From the IMG/VR virus record IMGVR_UViG_3300002138_000031, positions 1 to 38,873 of that record: 38,873 bases of DNA, one strand, 5' to 3'. The notes beneath the pieces were generated by a model that was not told the origin of the DNA, searched no databases, and saw only the letters and a list, made by a program, of their open reading frames with translations. Below, piece by piece: positions 32,231 through 38,873 of this stretch. Each line of letters starts with the position of its first letter. The first letter of the stretch is position 1. The position numbers were made by a program, and so were the translations under genes. Origin of the DNA: a virus.

Positions 32231-32464
32231 ATGAGAAAAGTAATATTTATAAACGAGCCTGAGAAATCAGAAGGAAAAGGAGTTGAATTTACGCATTGTA
32301 AGGATGGCGTTAAGGGATGGGTTAAAGCTATTTCAAAACCCAATAATTATGGAAAGGTAGTTTATTTAGGTAAATGTGAGAGAGATGGGGATGTGTTTGC
32401 CGCTTATAATATTATAGGGAATATTCTTATTTACAAAGGTCACTTAAACAACGGAACATATTGA
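32231..32464 (+). CDS. Small hypothetical protein (77 aa) with its own promoter
   Basis: Track ORF. First gene of the accessory block. Confidence 0.5.
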   Translation: MRKVIFINEPEKSEGKGVEFTHCKDGVKGWVKAISKPNNYGKVVYLGKCERDGDVFAAYNIIGNILIYKGHLNNGTY

Positions 32465-32470
32465 TTAAAC

Positions 32471-32638
32471 ATGAAGGACTACCCTCACATAAAAAAGAGT
32501 AAATTAGAGCGTAAAGAGATAGCAGAAAGGCTACGCTATAAGAATGTAAATAGTTTTAGAAATACAAGTAAATATACGCTTATACTTGAACTTGTTGAAC
32601 ATTCTATAAAACTTGGAACTGAGATAAAAGATGAATAA
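32471..32638 (+). CDS. Small HTH-like protein (55 aa)
   Basis: My own translation: MKDYPHIKKSKLERKEIAERLRYKNVNSFRNTSKYTLILELVEHSIKLGTEIKDE. It fills a gap that the track leaves to an antisense ORF. Confidence 0.35.
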   Translation: MKDYPHIKKSKLERKEIAERLRYKNVNSFRNTSKYTLILELVEHSIKLGTEIKDE

Positions 32639-32750
32639 AATAACTCTTGAATATATTAAAGGATATGAATGCAGTTACTTTATAGGCACGATTGAAGAAG
32701 TAGAAAAAGAGAAGATTAAACTTGAAAAAAAGGATATAAAACAAAAATAA
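32631..32750 (+). CDS. Mini-ORF (39 aa)
   Basis: My own translation: MNKITLEYIKGYECSYFIGTIEEVEKEKIKLEKKDIKQK. It overlaps the previous ORF by 8 nt and ends 1 nt before the ATG at 32752. Confidence 0.3.
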   Translation: MNKITLEYIKGYECSYFIGTIEEVEKEKIKLEKKDIKQK

Positions 32751-32751
32751 C

Positions 32752-33063
32752 ATGAATAAAGAACAAATACACATAGGAGAAGTTGTGGGCGATGAATGGG
32801 GTATAAAAGACGAACTACTATGTATAGAAATGATGGCTAAATTTGATATTGTCAAGTCAGCATATCGCAAACCACCAAAAGCATCGTTAGCAAGTTTATT
32901 TTCTAAAGAATCAGATAGACCACAAAAACCAAGATATTTTAAAGTATCTTATAGAATAACAACACTTGGTTTATTAGCTATGACTGATGAACAACTGGGT
33001 CAGCACATAAAAGGTCTAATATCACAATTAGAAACTAACATTAAAGAACGAGGATTAGAATAA
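32752..33063 (+). CDS. Hypothetical protein (103 aa)
   Basis: Track ORF. Confidence 0.5.
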   Translation: MNKEQIHIGEVVGDEWGIKDELLCIEMMAKFDIVKSAYRKPPKASLASLFSKESDRPQKPRYFKVSYRITTLGLLAMTDEQLGQHIKGLISQLETNIKERGLE

Positions 33064-33075
33064 AACATAAATAAA

Positions 33076-33489
33076 ATGAAAACGATTCTACTTATAACAA
33101 CTATACTTTTACTTTCATCTTGCAGTCAAAAGCATTGGCAGTCAAGAGGATTTAAAAAGGGATGGGTAGACACTACGACAATTACAAAGCACGATACTAT
33201 TCGGGGGTTCGACACAACCGTTTTAAGAGTGTTTGACACATTAACCCATAGTGATACACTATTCGTTATAAAAGATGGCGTTAAAGTAAAAACAATTATC
33301 CAATGGAAGGATAGAATAGTAGAGCAGCAAATTACAAAATTAGATACGATAGTAAAGTGGAAAACAAAGCAAACAATTATAAGTGATTGCCCTAAAATTA
33401 AATGGTATGAATGGTGGTATATTGGAGTGATAGGTACTTTGATCTTAATACTTCTATTTGGAATATTGATTGGATATTTAAAAAAGTAA
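33076..33489 (+). CDS. Lipoprotein with C-terminal transmembrane anchor (u-spanin-like architecture)
   Basis: Lipobox MKTILLITTILLLSSC|SQ, a beta-rich middle, and a C-terminal TM segment WWYIGVIGTLILILLFGILIGYLKK. Six D-T-[TIL] tripeptides lie in the middle part. Confidence 0.6.
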   Translation: MKTILLITTILLLSSCSQKHWQSRGFKKGWVDTTTITKHDTIRGFDTTVLRVFDTLTHSDTLFVIKDGVKVKTIIQWKDRIVEQQITKLDTIVKWKTKQTIISDCPKIKWYEWWYIGVIGTLILILLFGILIGYLKK

Positions 33490-33490
33490 T

Positions 33491-34027
33491 ATGCAGCATT
33501 TAATATTAGGGGAGTCAAATAATGAAATATATAGAGCAAGAAATATATTGTTCTTTTATAATAATAAATACTTTTTAGTGTCATCATGGCTTTCTGGTTA
33601 TGATTCTGATTGCGATTTTATACTAGACTTAATACAAAAGAATAACCAAAAGAGTAGGCAAAAAGAAATTGATTACCCTTATGAAGTTTCAAAATCGAAT
33701 AGACTTGAAAGTGATTTCAGAAATAGTGGGAATGATTTTATAGCAGCAACTAAGAAAGCAGTATATGAAACTAATTATATTTATTACGATAATGCAGGTA
33801 AAAGATACGCAGTACAAAGCCAAAAACCATATACAGAAGCTATATTAAATGCTACTGACTTGTATGATGAAATAGATAAATGTAAAGATATGTTGACTAG
33901 GTTTAAGTTAGATTACCTTATCGAAAGTGCAGAAGATTTGTTACGTGCAAATATTGTGTATGATATTAAAGATAGAAAATACTTACAAAAAACAGAAGAA
34001 ATAATAAAATATATAAACAATCAATAA
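33491..34027 (+). CDS. Hypothetical protein (178 aa)
   Basis: Track ORF. Confidence 0.5.
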   Translation: MQHLILGESNNEIYRARNILFFYNNKYFLVSSWLSGYDSDCDFILDLIQKNNQKSRQKEIDYPYEVSKSNRLESDFRNSGNDFIAATKKAVYETNYIYYDNAGKRYAVQSQKPYTEAILNATDLYDEIDKCKDMLTRFKLDYLIESAEDLLRANIVYDIKDRKYLQKTEEIIKYINNQ

Positions 34028-34029
34028 TA

Positions 34030-34254
34030 ATGAAAAGTACTAAAAACCCATCCGCAAAAGAATTATTCACTCATGCTTTCGATATGATGTTACTTCTTAA
34101 ACAAAAGGCTATTTCAGTAGAAGAAGCCAAAGCACAAGCCAACTTATTAAAACAATCTAACAACTTATTAAAGTATGAATTAGATCGTGCAATCGCTATT
34201 TGCAAATACGAATCTATAACCATTAGAGAAATAGAGGGTAGAAGTGAATCTTAA
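34030..34254 (+). CDS. Hypothetical protein (74 aa)
   Basis: Track ORF. Confidence 0.45.
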   Translation: MKSTKNPSAKELFTHAFDMMLLLKQKAISVEEAKAQANLLKQSNNLLKYELDRAIAICKYESITIREIEGRSES

Positions 34255-34326
34255 CCGATAGAATACTAACTAAATTATTTGGTAAGTTATGAAATCAAAG
34301 ACCCTGCTATATAACAAAGAAAAGAA

Positions 34327-34992
34327 ATGAAAGATAATAATTCAAATACAAAACAATCTACAGATTGCTCAAAGCCACTGTTACAAGACGGTTTTTCTCT
34401 TTCGATTGATGATTTAGAAGGTGAAATTTGGGTTGATGCCATTGGATTTGATGGGATTTATGAAGTTTCTAATTTAGGCAGAGTAAAATCATTAGGTAGA
34501 TGGGTTTCTAACGGTAAATCCGAAAGATGGGTTAAGGATAGAATCAGAAAATTATGGAAAGGGGAAAAAGACCAAAGGGTAACTATGAATTTTAGTGTTG
34601 TAAATGTGCGTTATTCAGTAAATCTACCTGAACTTATCTATTTGTCATTCAATCCAAAAGAAAACTTAAACGGATATGTAATTGCTCATTTAGACAAAAT
34701 AGCATACAATAATAAATTATCTAATTTAAAAAAATTAACTGTTTCAGAATCGAGAAAAATAAGCGAAAAACTAGGAAACTTAAAACCTATACCTATTCGT
34801 GGAGAATTAAAATACACAAGGGAAAATACAGTTGTTAAAAATGGAATAGTTACAGAAAAGAAATGTAAAAAATGTAATTCAGTAAAAAATATTTCTCTTT
34901 TTGAAAAATTCAGAAATACTTGCCTTGAATGTAGAGGCAGATTAAGAAAAAAAGATGTCGTTAAAGATTCGGTTTCTGAAACTGTCTTGTAA
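34327..34992 (+). mobile_element. Free-standing HNH homing endonuclease (NUMOD4 + HNH_3 type) gene
   Basis: GEIWVDAIGFDGIYEVSNLGRVKS (NUMOD4-like), YVIAHLDKIAYNNKLSNL (HNH_3-like H..D..NN..NL), and a C-terminal CKKCNS...CLECRG zinc-finger-like pair. It is flanked by non-coding gaps, unlike its neighbours. Confidence 0.75.
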
Positions 34993-35038
34993 CTAGATAA
35001 TACACGAAGTAAAAAAATATATAAAAACAAAATAACCA

Positions 35039-35257
35039 ATGGCAGCCATAGACGACTACATAAAAGACCTACAATATGCACTTCATAAAAAATATGGGCA
35101 TTGTCAAGTAAACAGACAGTATTTAAGTAACTGCGTTCACTTCTTTTATAAACCTGAGCCAACTGCTTTAAAAGATTTTAAACTAACCTACACCGAACTT
35201 GAAGAAAACATGAACAATAAAACAATACCTGAAAAAATAAATCAATTACTGAAATAA
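35039..35257 (+). CDS. Hypothetical protein (72 aa)
   Basis: Track ORF. Confidence 0.45.
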   Translation: MAAIDDYIKDLQYALHKKYGHCQVNRQYLSNCVHFFYKPEPTALKDFKLTYTELEENMNNKTIPEKINQLLK

Positions 35258-35260
35258 TAC

Positions 35261-35268
35261 TATATTTG
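35261..35268 (+). promoter_or_regulatory. -7 promoter box TAtaTTTG, 4 nt before the GTG start of the sigma-like gene
   Basis: tatatttgtggtGTG. Confidence 0.4.
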
Positions 35269-35272
35269 TGGT

Positions 35273-35764
35273 GTGTCAAGGTCTCAAATACTTACCGTTT
35301 ACCACCATAAGACATTTATGAGTGCCTGTAAAAATATAGGTGGGCAAGATTGGGAAGATTTAAGAAATGAGGTAGTACTAAAGATGTATGAATTATCAGA
35401 TGAAAGATACACAAACATAAAAAACCATTTGGCATTTATGATAAGAGTGGCGCAAACCACTTCTATTGATAAGGCTAAAAAACACTCAAACAAGTATGAG
35501 TGGGTATTAAATAACCCTGAGTGGTTTTGCAATATTGCAGAAGTAGTAACCGATTTTGATAATGAGACTGATATAACGGCTAAATTAAAAAAAGACATTG
35601 ACGATCCAAAAAGACTTTACCATAGTAGAATATTTGTATATTGCAACATTTACGGAAGTATTAAAGAATGTTCAAGAAAGATAGGCATACCATATAAAGA
35701 AGTTAGGACCACATACAACGATTATAAATTATATTTAAAAAATTGGTTAAAGTCGCATATATAA
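35273..35764 (+). CDS. Sigma-70 family (ECF-like) RNA polymerase sigma factor, putative
   Basis: Region 2-like WEDLRNEVVLKMYE...HLAFMIRVAQTTSIDKAKKHS and region 4-like SRIFVYCNIYGSIKECSRKIGIPYKEVRTTYNDYKLYLKNWL. Confidence 0.55.
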   Translation: MSRSQILTVYHHKTFMSACKNIGGQDWEDLRNEVVLKMYELSDERYTNIKNHLAFMIRVAQTTSIDKAKKHSNKYEWVLNNPEWFCNIAEVVTDFDNETDITAKLKKDIDDPKRLYHSRIFVYCNIYGSIKECSRKIGIPYKEVRTTYNDYKLYLKNWLKSHI

Positions 35765-36717
35765 AGAACGCAAGTCCTGGAGTTAATTACCATAGGCTTG
35801 AGGTACCTTTTGCTTTAATAGCAGAAGATGAACGGTTTAAGGTGTTTGAAGTTCAAATTGCTACGGATGAATATGACGTAATAGTATTTAATCGCATACC
35901 GTTCCAACCATTAAGCACACTTCAAAGACTTAAAAAACAAGGCATTAAAATAATATTTGATATTGACGATTACTGGATGAGACCGATATGGCATACTAAC
36001 TTTTCAAACCAATGGGAGTTAGAATTTTGTGCAGAGATAATTAAGTTTTTAAGACTTGCAGATATTGTTTGGGTGTCAACACCTTACCTTCAACAAAAGA
36101 TAGCAGAAATGCTAATAGAATCAGTTTTGATCCCTAATGCTTTGCTATATGAGGAAGCCCAATTTAATAGGGTTAATATAGAACGTGACACTATTAATTG
36201 TGGGTGGGTAGGTGGCATAGCGCACCATAGAGACATAAATTTACTTACTGAGCCGTTAAAACAACCGCACAAAGCTAAAATGGTATTGGGTGGTGTAAGT
36301 GATATTAATAATAAATATTGGCAATATATTGGGCAAGTATTAGGCGGGGGCAAAATAAAGAACGTTCAAATACTTACACACGAAAATCAATACAACTATG
36401 GGTTTATGTATAATTATTTAGACATAGTTTTACTGCCTTCTTTCAATGATACTTATACCATGTGTAAATCTAATTTAAAAATATTAGAGGCAGGGGCGCA
36501 TAATTTACCAGTTATTACTAATGGGGTTATTTATAAAGAAGTAACCGATAAAATGGGCATAAGGGTAAATGGTCAAAGGGATTGGGTTAAAGGTATTAAG
36601 AAACTAACAGAAAGTAAAAGAATGAGAACTGAGTTAGGTTTGGCACTTGGTGAATATACCAGAGAAAAGTACGACATCTTTAAGATAAACGAAAAAAGAA
36701 AACAAACGATATTATGA
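35743..36717 (+). CDS. Glycosyltransferase, GT-B (group 1-like), putative
   Basis: TTG start overlapping the sigma gene end. GWVGGIAHHRDINLL, and the C-terminal CKSNLKILEAGAHNLPVITNG resembles the GT1 nucleotide-sugar binding motif. Confidence 0.5.
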   Translation: MVKVAYIKNASPGVNYHRLEVPFALIAEDERFKVFEVQIATDEYDVIVFNRIPFQPLSTLQRLKKQGIKIIFDIDDYWMRPIWHTNFSNQWELEFCAEIIKFLRLADIVWVSTPYLQQKIAEMLIESVLIPNALLYEEAQFNRVNIERDTINCGWVGGIAHHRDINLLTEPLKQPHKAKMVLGGVSDINNKYWQYIGQVLGGGKIKNVQILTHENQYNYGFMYNYLDIVLLPSFNDTYTMCKSNLKILEAGAHNLPVITNGVIYKEVTDKMGIRVNGQRDWVKGIKKLTESKRMRTELGLALGEYTREKYDIFKINEKRKQTIL

Positions 36718-36938
36718 CACCAAAAGAAAAGGCACAGGAGCTAATAGACAAATTTAAAGGGTATGCAGATGACAGTACATCAAGTTGTATTGATAATGCT
36801 AAATATATTGCTTTATTTTGTGTAGATGAACTCATCAAGTATCTACCCTCATCAAATGGCAACCATCCAAACCTTCAAGAAAATGAATATAATAGTGAAT
36901 GGTGGGAAGAAGTCAAACAAGAAATAAGAGCGATATGA
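36714..36938 (+). CDS. Hypothetical protein (74 aa)
   Basis: Track ORF with ATGA coupling. Confidence 0.45.
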   Translation: MTPKEKAQELIDKFKGYADDSTSSCIDNAKYIALFCVDELIKYLPSSNGNHPNLQENEYNSEWWEEVKQEIRAI

Positions 36939-37150
36939 CACCTGACCAAAAAGAACGCATTAAAGAAGGTATGGAAGCCTACCTTTACTATGAGGCAAAT
37001 GGTATATCTGTATATAAAACACCTATGATAGACGCAGCACAAAAAGTAAAGAAGGAGTTAGGAATGAGTAACATTAGTGTTTGCAAAGGTTGTTTAGACG
37101 AAATCCACACATACATGGCAGAAATTTATAAAATATATGAAAATAGTTAA
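36935..37150 (+). CDS. Hypothetical protein (71 aa from ATG 36935)
   Basis: The in-frame ATG at 36935 forms an ATGA overlap with the previous stop. The track's earlier start at 36899 is less likely. Confidence 0.45.
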   Translation: MTPDQKERIKEGMEAYLYYEANGISVYKTPMIDAAQKVKKELGMSNISVCKGCLDEIHTYMAEIYKIYENS

Positions 37151-37913
37151 AGTATCACACTCAGGGAATACGGGCGATATTATTTATTCACTCCCATCGT
37201 TAAAAGAATATTGCCATCAGCATGACTGCAAAATAGAATATCTTTTAAAATTAGACCGACCTTCAAACTTTAATTTAATTAACCACCCACTAGGCGATGT
37301 TATGTTAAATGAAACAATGGCTAATATGCTTAAACCTTTATTAGAACATCAGTCTTATATTGATAGCGTAAGATTATTAGGCAAGTTTGAAAATGAGAAA
37401 GTAGACTTTGACTTAGATTCATTTAGATCCGAAAATAAAAACCTTTCAGCAGGTAACATAGCTTTATGGAATCAGATAGTATACCCACAACTTAGAGGCA
37501 AGATACATGAAATTAGCATAGATGCCACCCCAATAGAAAATGATTACATTATAATTAACAGAACAATCCGTTATAATAACCCTTTAATTGATTACACTAT
37601 ACTAGAGGGCAATGTAAAGTTTGTAGGAGTAGAAAGTGAGTTTAAGATAATGAAGGCTATTAACCCAAGTGTAGAACATTTGCAAGTTAAAGACTTTTAC
37701 GAATTGGCTAAGTATATAGCAGGGTGTAAGTTATTTGTAGGTAATCAATCAATGGCTTATTCAATAGCCGAAGGGCTAAAGGTTAAGAGAGTATTGGAGC
37801 AGTACTATGCTGCCCCTAATGTAATACCTCAAGGCGGGGATTGTTATGTGTTCCAAACGCAAAAACAATTTGACAATTTAATAAATAACTATATATTTGC
37901 ATTAGATAAATAA
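37137..37913 (+). CDS. GT9 (heptosyltransferase)-like glycosyltransferase, putative
   Basis: N-terminal VSHSGNTGDIIYSLPSLKEY and C-terminal ELAKYIAGCKLFVGNQSMAYSIAEGLKVKRV parallel the GT9 motifs (lGD.....P.l..l; l.vgnDSG..HlAaAlg.P). Confidence 0.45.
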   Translation: MKIVKVSHSGNTGDIIYSLPSLKEYCHQHDCKIEYLLKLDRPSNFNLINHPLGDVMLNETMANMLKPLLEHQSYIDSVRLLGKFENEKVDFDLDSFRSENKNLSAGNIALWNQIVYPQLRGKIHEISIDATPIENDYIIINRTIRYNNPLIDYTILEGNVKFVGVESEFKIMKAINPSVEHLQVKDFYELAKYIAGCKLFVGNQSMAYSIAEGLKVKRVLEQYYAAPNVIPQGGDCYVFQTQKQFDNLINNYIFALDK

Positions 37914-37915
37914 AT

Positions 37916-38569
37916 ATGCCACAAAACAATTATTTTAAAACAGAAGAAGGTAGTTACAAATCAGATTTATTTGGCAATCCTAGTCAAATTTATTTAGATA
38001 ACTACTGGAGTAATCCAATCCGTTCAACTATTGATGAGCAGATTTATAATGTAAAAGATAAAAACAAACTTGTTAAAAAGGAACTAACAAAGATATATCC
38101 TAAGTCTTATTTAGAGATTGGGTGCGCACCTGGTTTATTATTGGGGGAAATGAGTGAGATAGGCAAGGCAACGGGTATTGAAGTAGACCCTAGATATAAA
38201 GAACAACTTCAAAAGTATTCAAAGAGTGCTGAGTTATCGTTTGGTTTCTTCCCTGAGATTAGTAAAGATTGGGATAGTGCTAAGTTTTCTAATATAGTTG
38301 CCTTAGATGTATTTGAACACGTTGAGGATGGTAATGCCTTTTTAAAGGAGTGTAATAGACTTTTAGTTAAAGGAGGTGTATTAGTAATCCAATGCCCTAT
38401 AATCTTACAGGATGGCAAAACAGAGGCTACGATGTTTAATGAAAGGGAACATATATGGTACTATTGTATAGAACACTTAAATTATATGTTAATAGATAAC
38501 GGGTTTAAGGTAAAGAACATAGATAGGTTTATAGTAGGGCATGAACAAATAAGTGCAAAGAAAATATAA
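37916..38569 (+). CDS. Class I SAM-dependent methyltransferase
   Basis: Motif I YLEIGCAPGLL, then NIVALDVFEHVEDGNAFLKECNRLLVKGGVLVIQCP (Methyltransf_11/23-like). Confidence 0.8.
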   Translation: MPQNNYFKTEEGSYKSDLFGNPSQIYLDNYWSNPIRSTIDEQIYNVKDKNKLVKKELTKIYPKSYLEIGCAPGLLLGEMSEIGKATGIEVDPRYKEQLQKYSKSAELSFGFFPEISKDWDSAKFSNIVALDVFEHVEDGNAFLKECNRLLVKGGVLVIQCPIILQDGKTEATMFNEREHIWYYCIEHLNYMLIDNGFKVKNIDRFIVGHEQISAKKI

Positions 38570-38873
38570 TGGCAGAAACAAGTAAAGCATACGAGCGCAG
38601 AGTAAAAGAAGGATTCTTTGAAAAGTACGTTAAGGGTAAAGTAATAGACATTGGCGTGGGTAGAATAGATACACACGATGGCGCAGACCCATTGACTCCA
38701 ACTTGTGATACATGGGATAAAGACAATGGTAATGCAGAAATAATGCAAAGCGTATCAGATGAAACCTATGATACCGTTTATAATTCTCATTTATTAGAAC
38801 ACCTTAACCAACCTATCCAAGCAATAAGAAATTGGTTTAGAATATTGGCACAAGGTGGGCATCTAATTATTTG
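38569..38873 (+). CDS. Class I SAM-dependent methyltransferase, 5' part (continues at 1..348 across the circular junction)
   Basis: ATG 38569 lies in a TAATG overlap with the previous stop. My own translation: MAETSKAYERRVKEGFFEKYVKGKVIDIGVGRID...YNSHLLEHLNQPIQAIRNWFRILAQGGH. The ORF is open to the window end. Confidence 0.8.
   Translation, partial: MAETSKAYERRVKEGFFEKYVKGKVIDIGVGRIDTHDGADPLTPTCDTWDKDNGNAEIMQSVSDETYDTVYNSHLLEHLNQPIQAIRNWFRILAQGGHLII
38803..38873. repeat. Direct terminal repeat, copy 2
   Basis: Identical to 1..71. Confidence 0.95.

Noticed and set aside
33201-33222. GGTTCGACA T-loop-like string suggesting a tRNA
   Set aside because: The flanks cannot form T-arm or acceptor pairings, and the string lies inside the lipoprotein coding sequence.
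33126-33587. 153-aa minus-strand ORF
   Set aside because: It is antisense to the lipoprotein gene 33076..33489 and the start of 33491..34027. The composition is low-complexity and hydrophobic, and every supported gene in the genome is on the + strand.
34686-35162. 158-aa minus-strand ORF
   Set aside because: It is antisense to the HNH endonuclease gene, which has clear NUMOD4/HNH motifs. There is no independent support for it.
1-38873. Search by eye for tRNA/tmRNA genes, integrase/excisionase, CI-like repressor, DNA polymerase, and toxin-antitoxin or retron-like elements
   Set aside because: I recognised no T-loop/acceptor-stem combination and no tyrosine or serine recombinase motifs. The absence should be confirmed with tRNAscan-SE or ARAGORN and with profile searches. 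I cannot exclude divergent members among the many hypothetical early ORFs.

Overview
The window is a complete, circularly closed tailed-phage genome. Bases 1..71 repeat exactly at 38803..38873, so the unique unit is 38,802 bp, and a SAM-methyltransferase gene reads in frame across the junction. Every credible gene is on the + strand, tightly packed, often with ATGA or TTGA start/stop overlaps. All minus-strand ORFs in the track look like antisense artefacts.

Several signals point to a Bacteroidota (Flavobacteriia-like) host, though I cannot confirm this without a database search:
- low GC content
- no Shine-Dalgarno sequences
- repeated TTTG(-33)/TAnnTTTG(-7) promoter boxes
- lipoboxes and A-Q signal-peptide cleavage sites

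Modules, in order:
- **Packaging:** terS/terL (612..2302).
- **Tail-like block (2871..9851):** includes a T9 slippery run that links two ORFs, and a tape-measure-like gene.
- **Head (9997..15350):** XkdF-like protease/scaffold, HK97-like capsid, and a portal fused to a MuF-like domain.
- **Fibre (16639..19430):** includes a fibre protein with eleven 22-aa repeats.
- **Lysis (19909..22723):** permuted papain-like hydrolase, two small TM proteins, a metallophosphoesterase and a CHAP lysin.
- **Secreted-protein moron,** followed by a strong terminator (23786..23816).
- **Early operon 1 (23975..26236).**
- **Early operon 2 (26379..29464):** SNF2-like helicase, a beta-class SPPF DNA methyltransferase, a winged-helix protein and a Dam-like NPPY methyltransferase.
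- **Early operon 3 (29612..32146):** DnaD-like, DnaC-like and DnaA-domain-IV proteins.
- **Accessory block (32231..35257):** includes a u-spanin-like lipoprotein and an HNH homing endonuclease.
- **Sigma-70/ECF-like factor (35273..35764).**
- **Late-operon head (35743..348):** two glycosyltransferase-like and two SAM-methyltransferase genes.

I recognised no tRNA, rRNA, CRISPR array, integrase or DNA polymerase.

The most unusual signal is a pair of promoter-proximal structured leaders (26276..26368 and 29507..29594). They share the same crossing-helix plus U-tract geometry but have completely different helix sequences. Each sits in front of a delayed-early operon.
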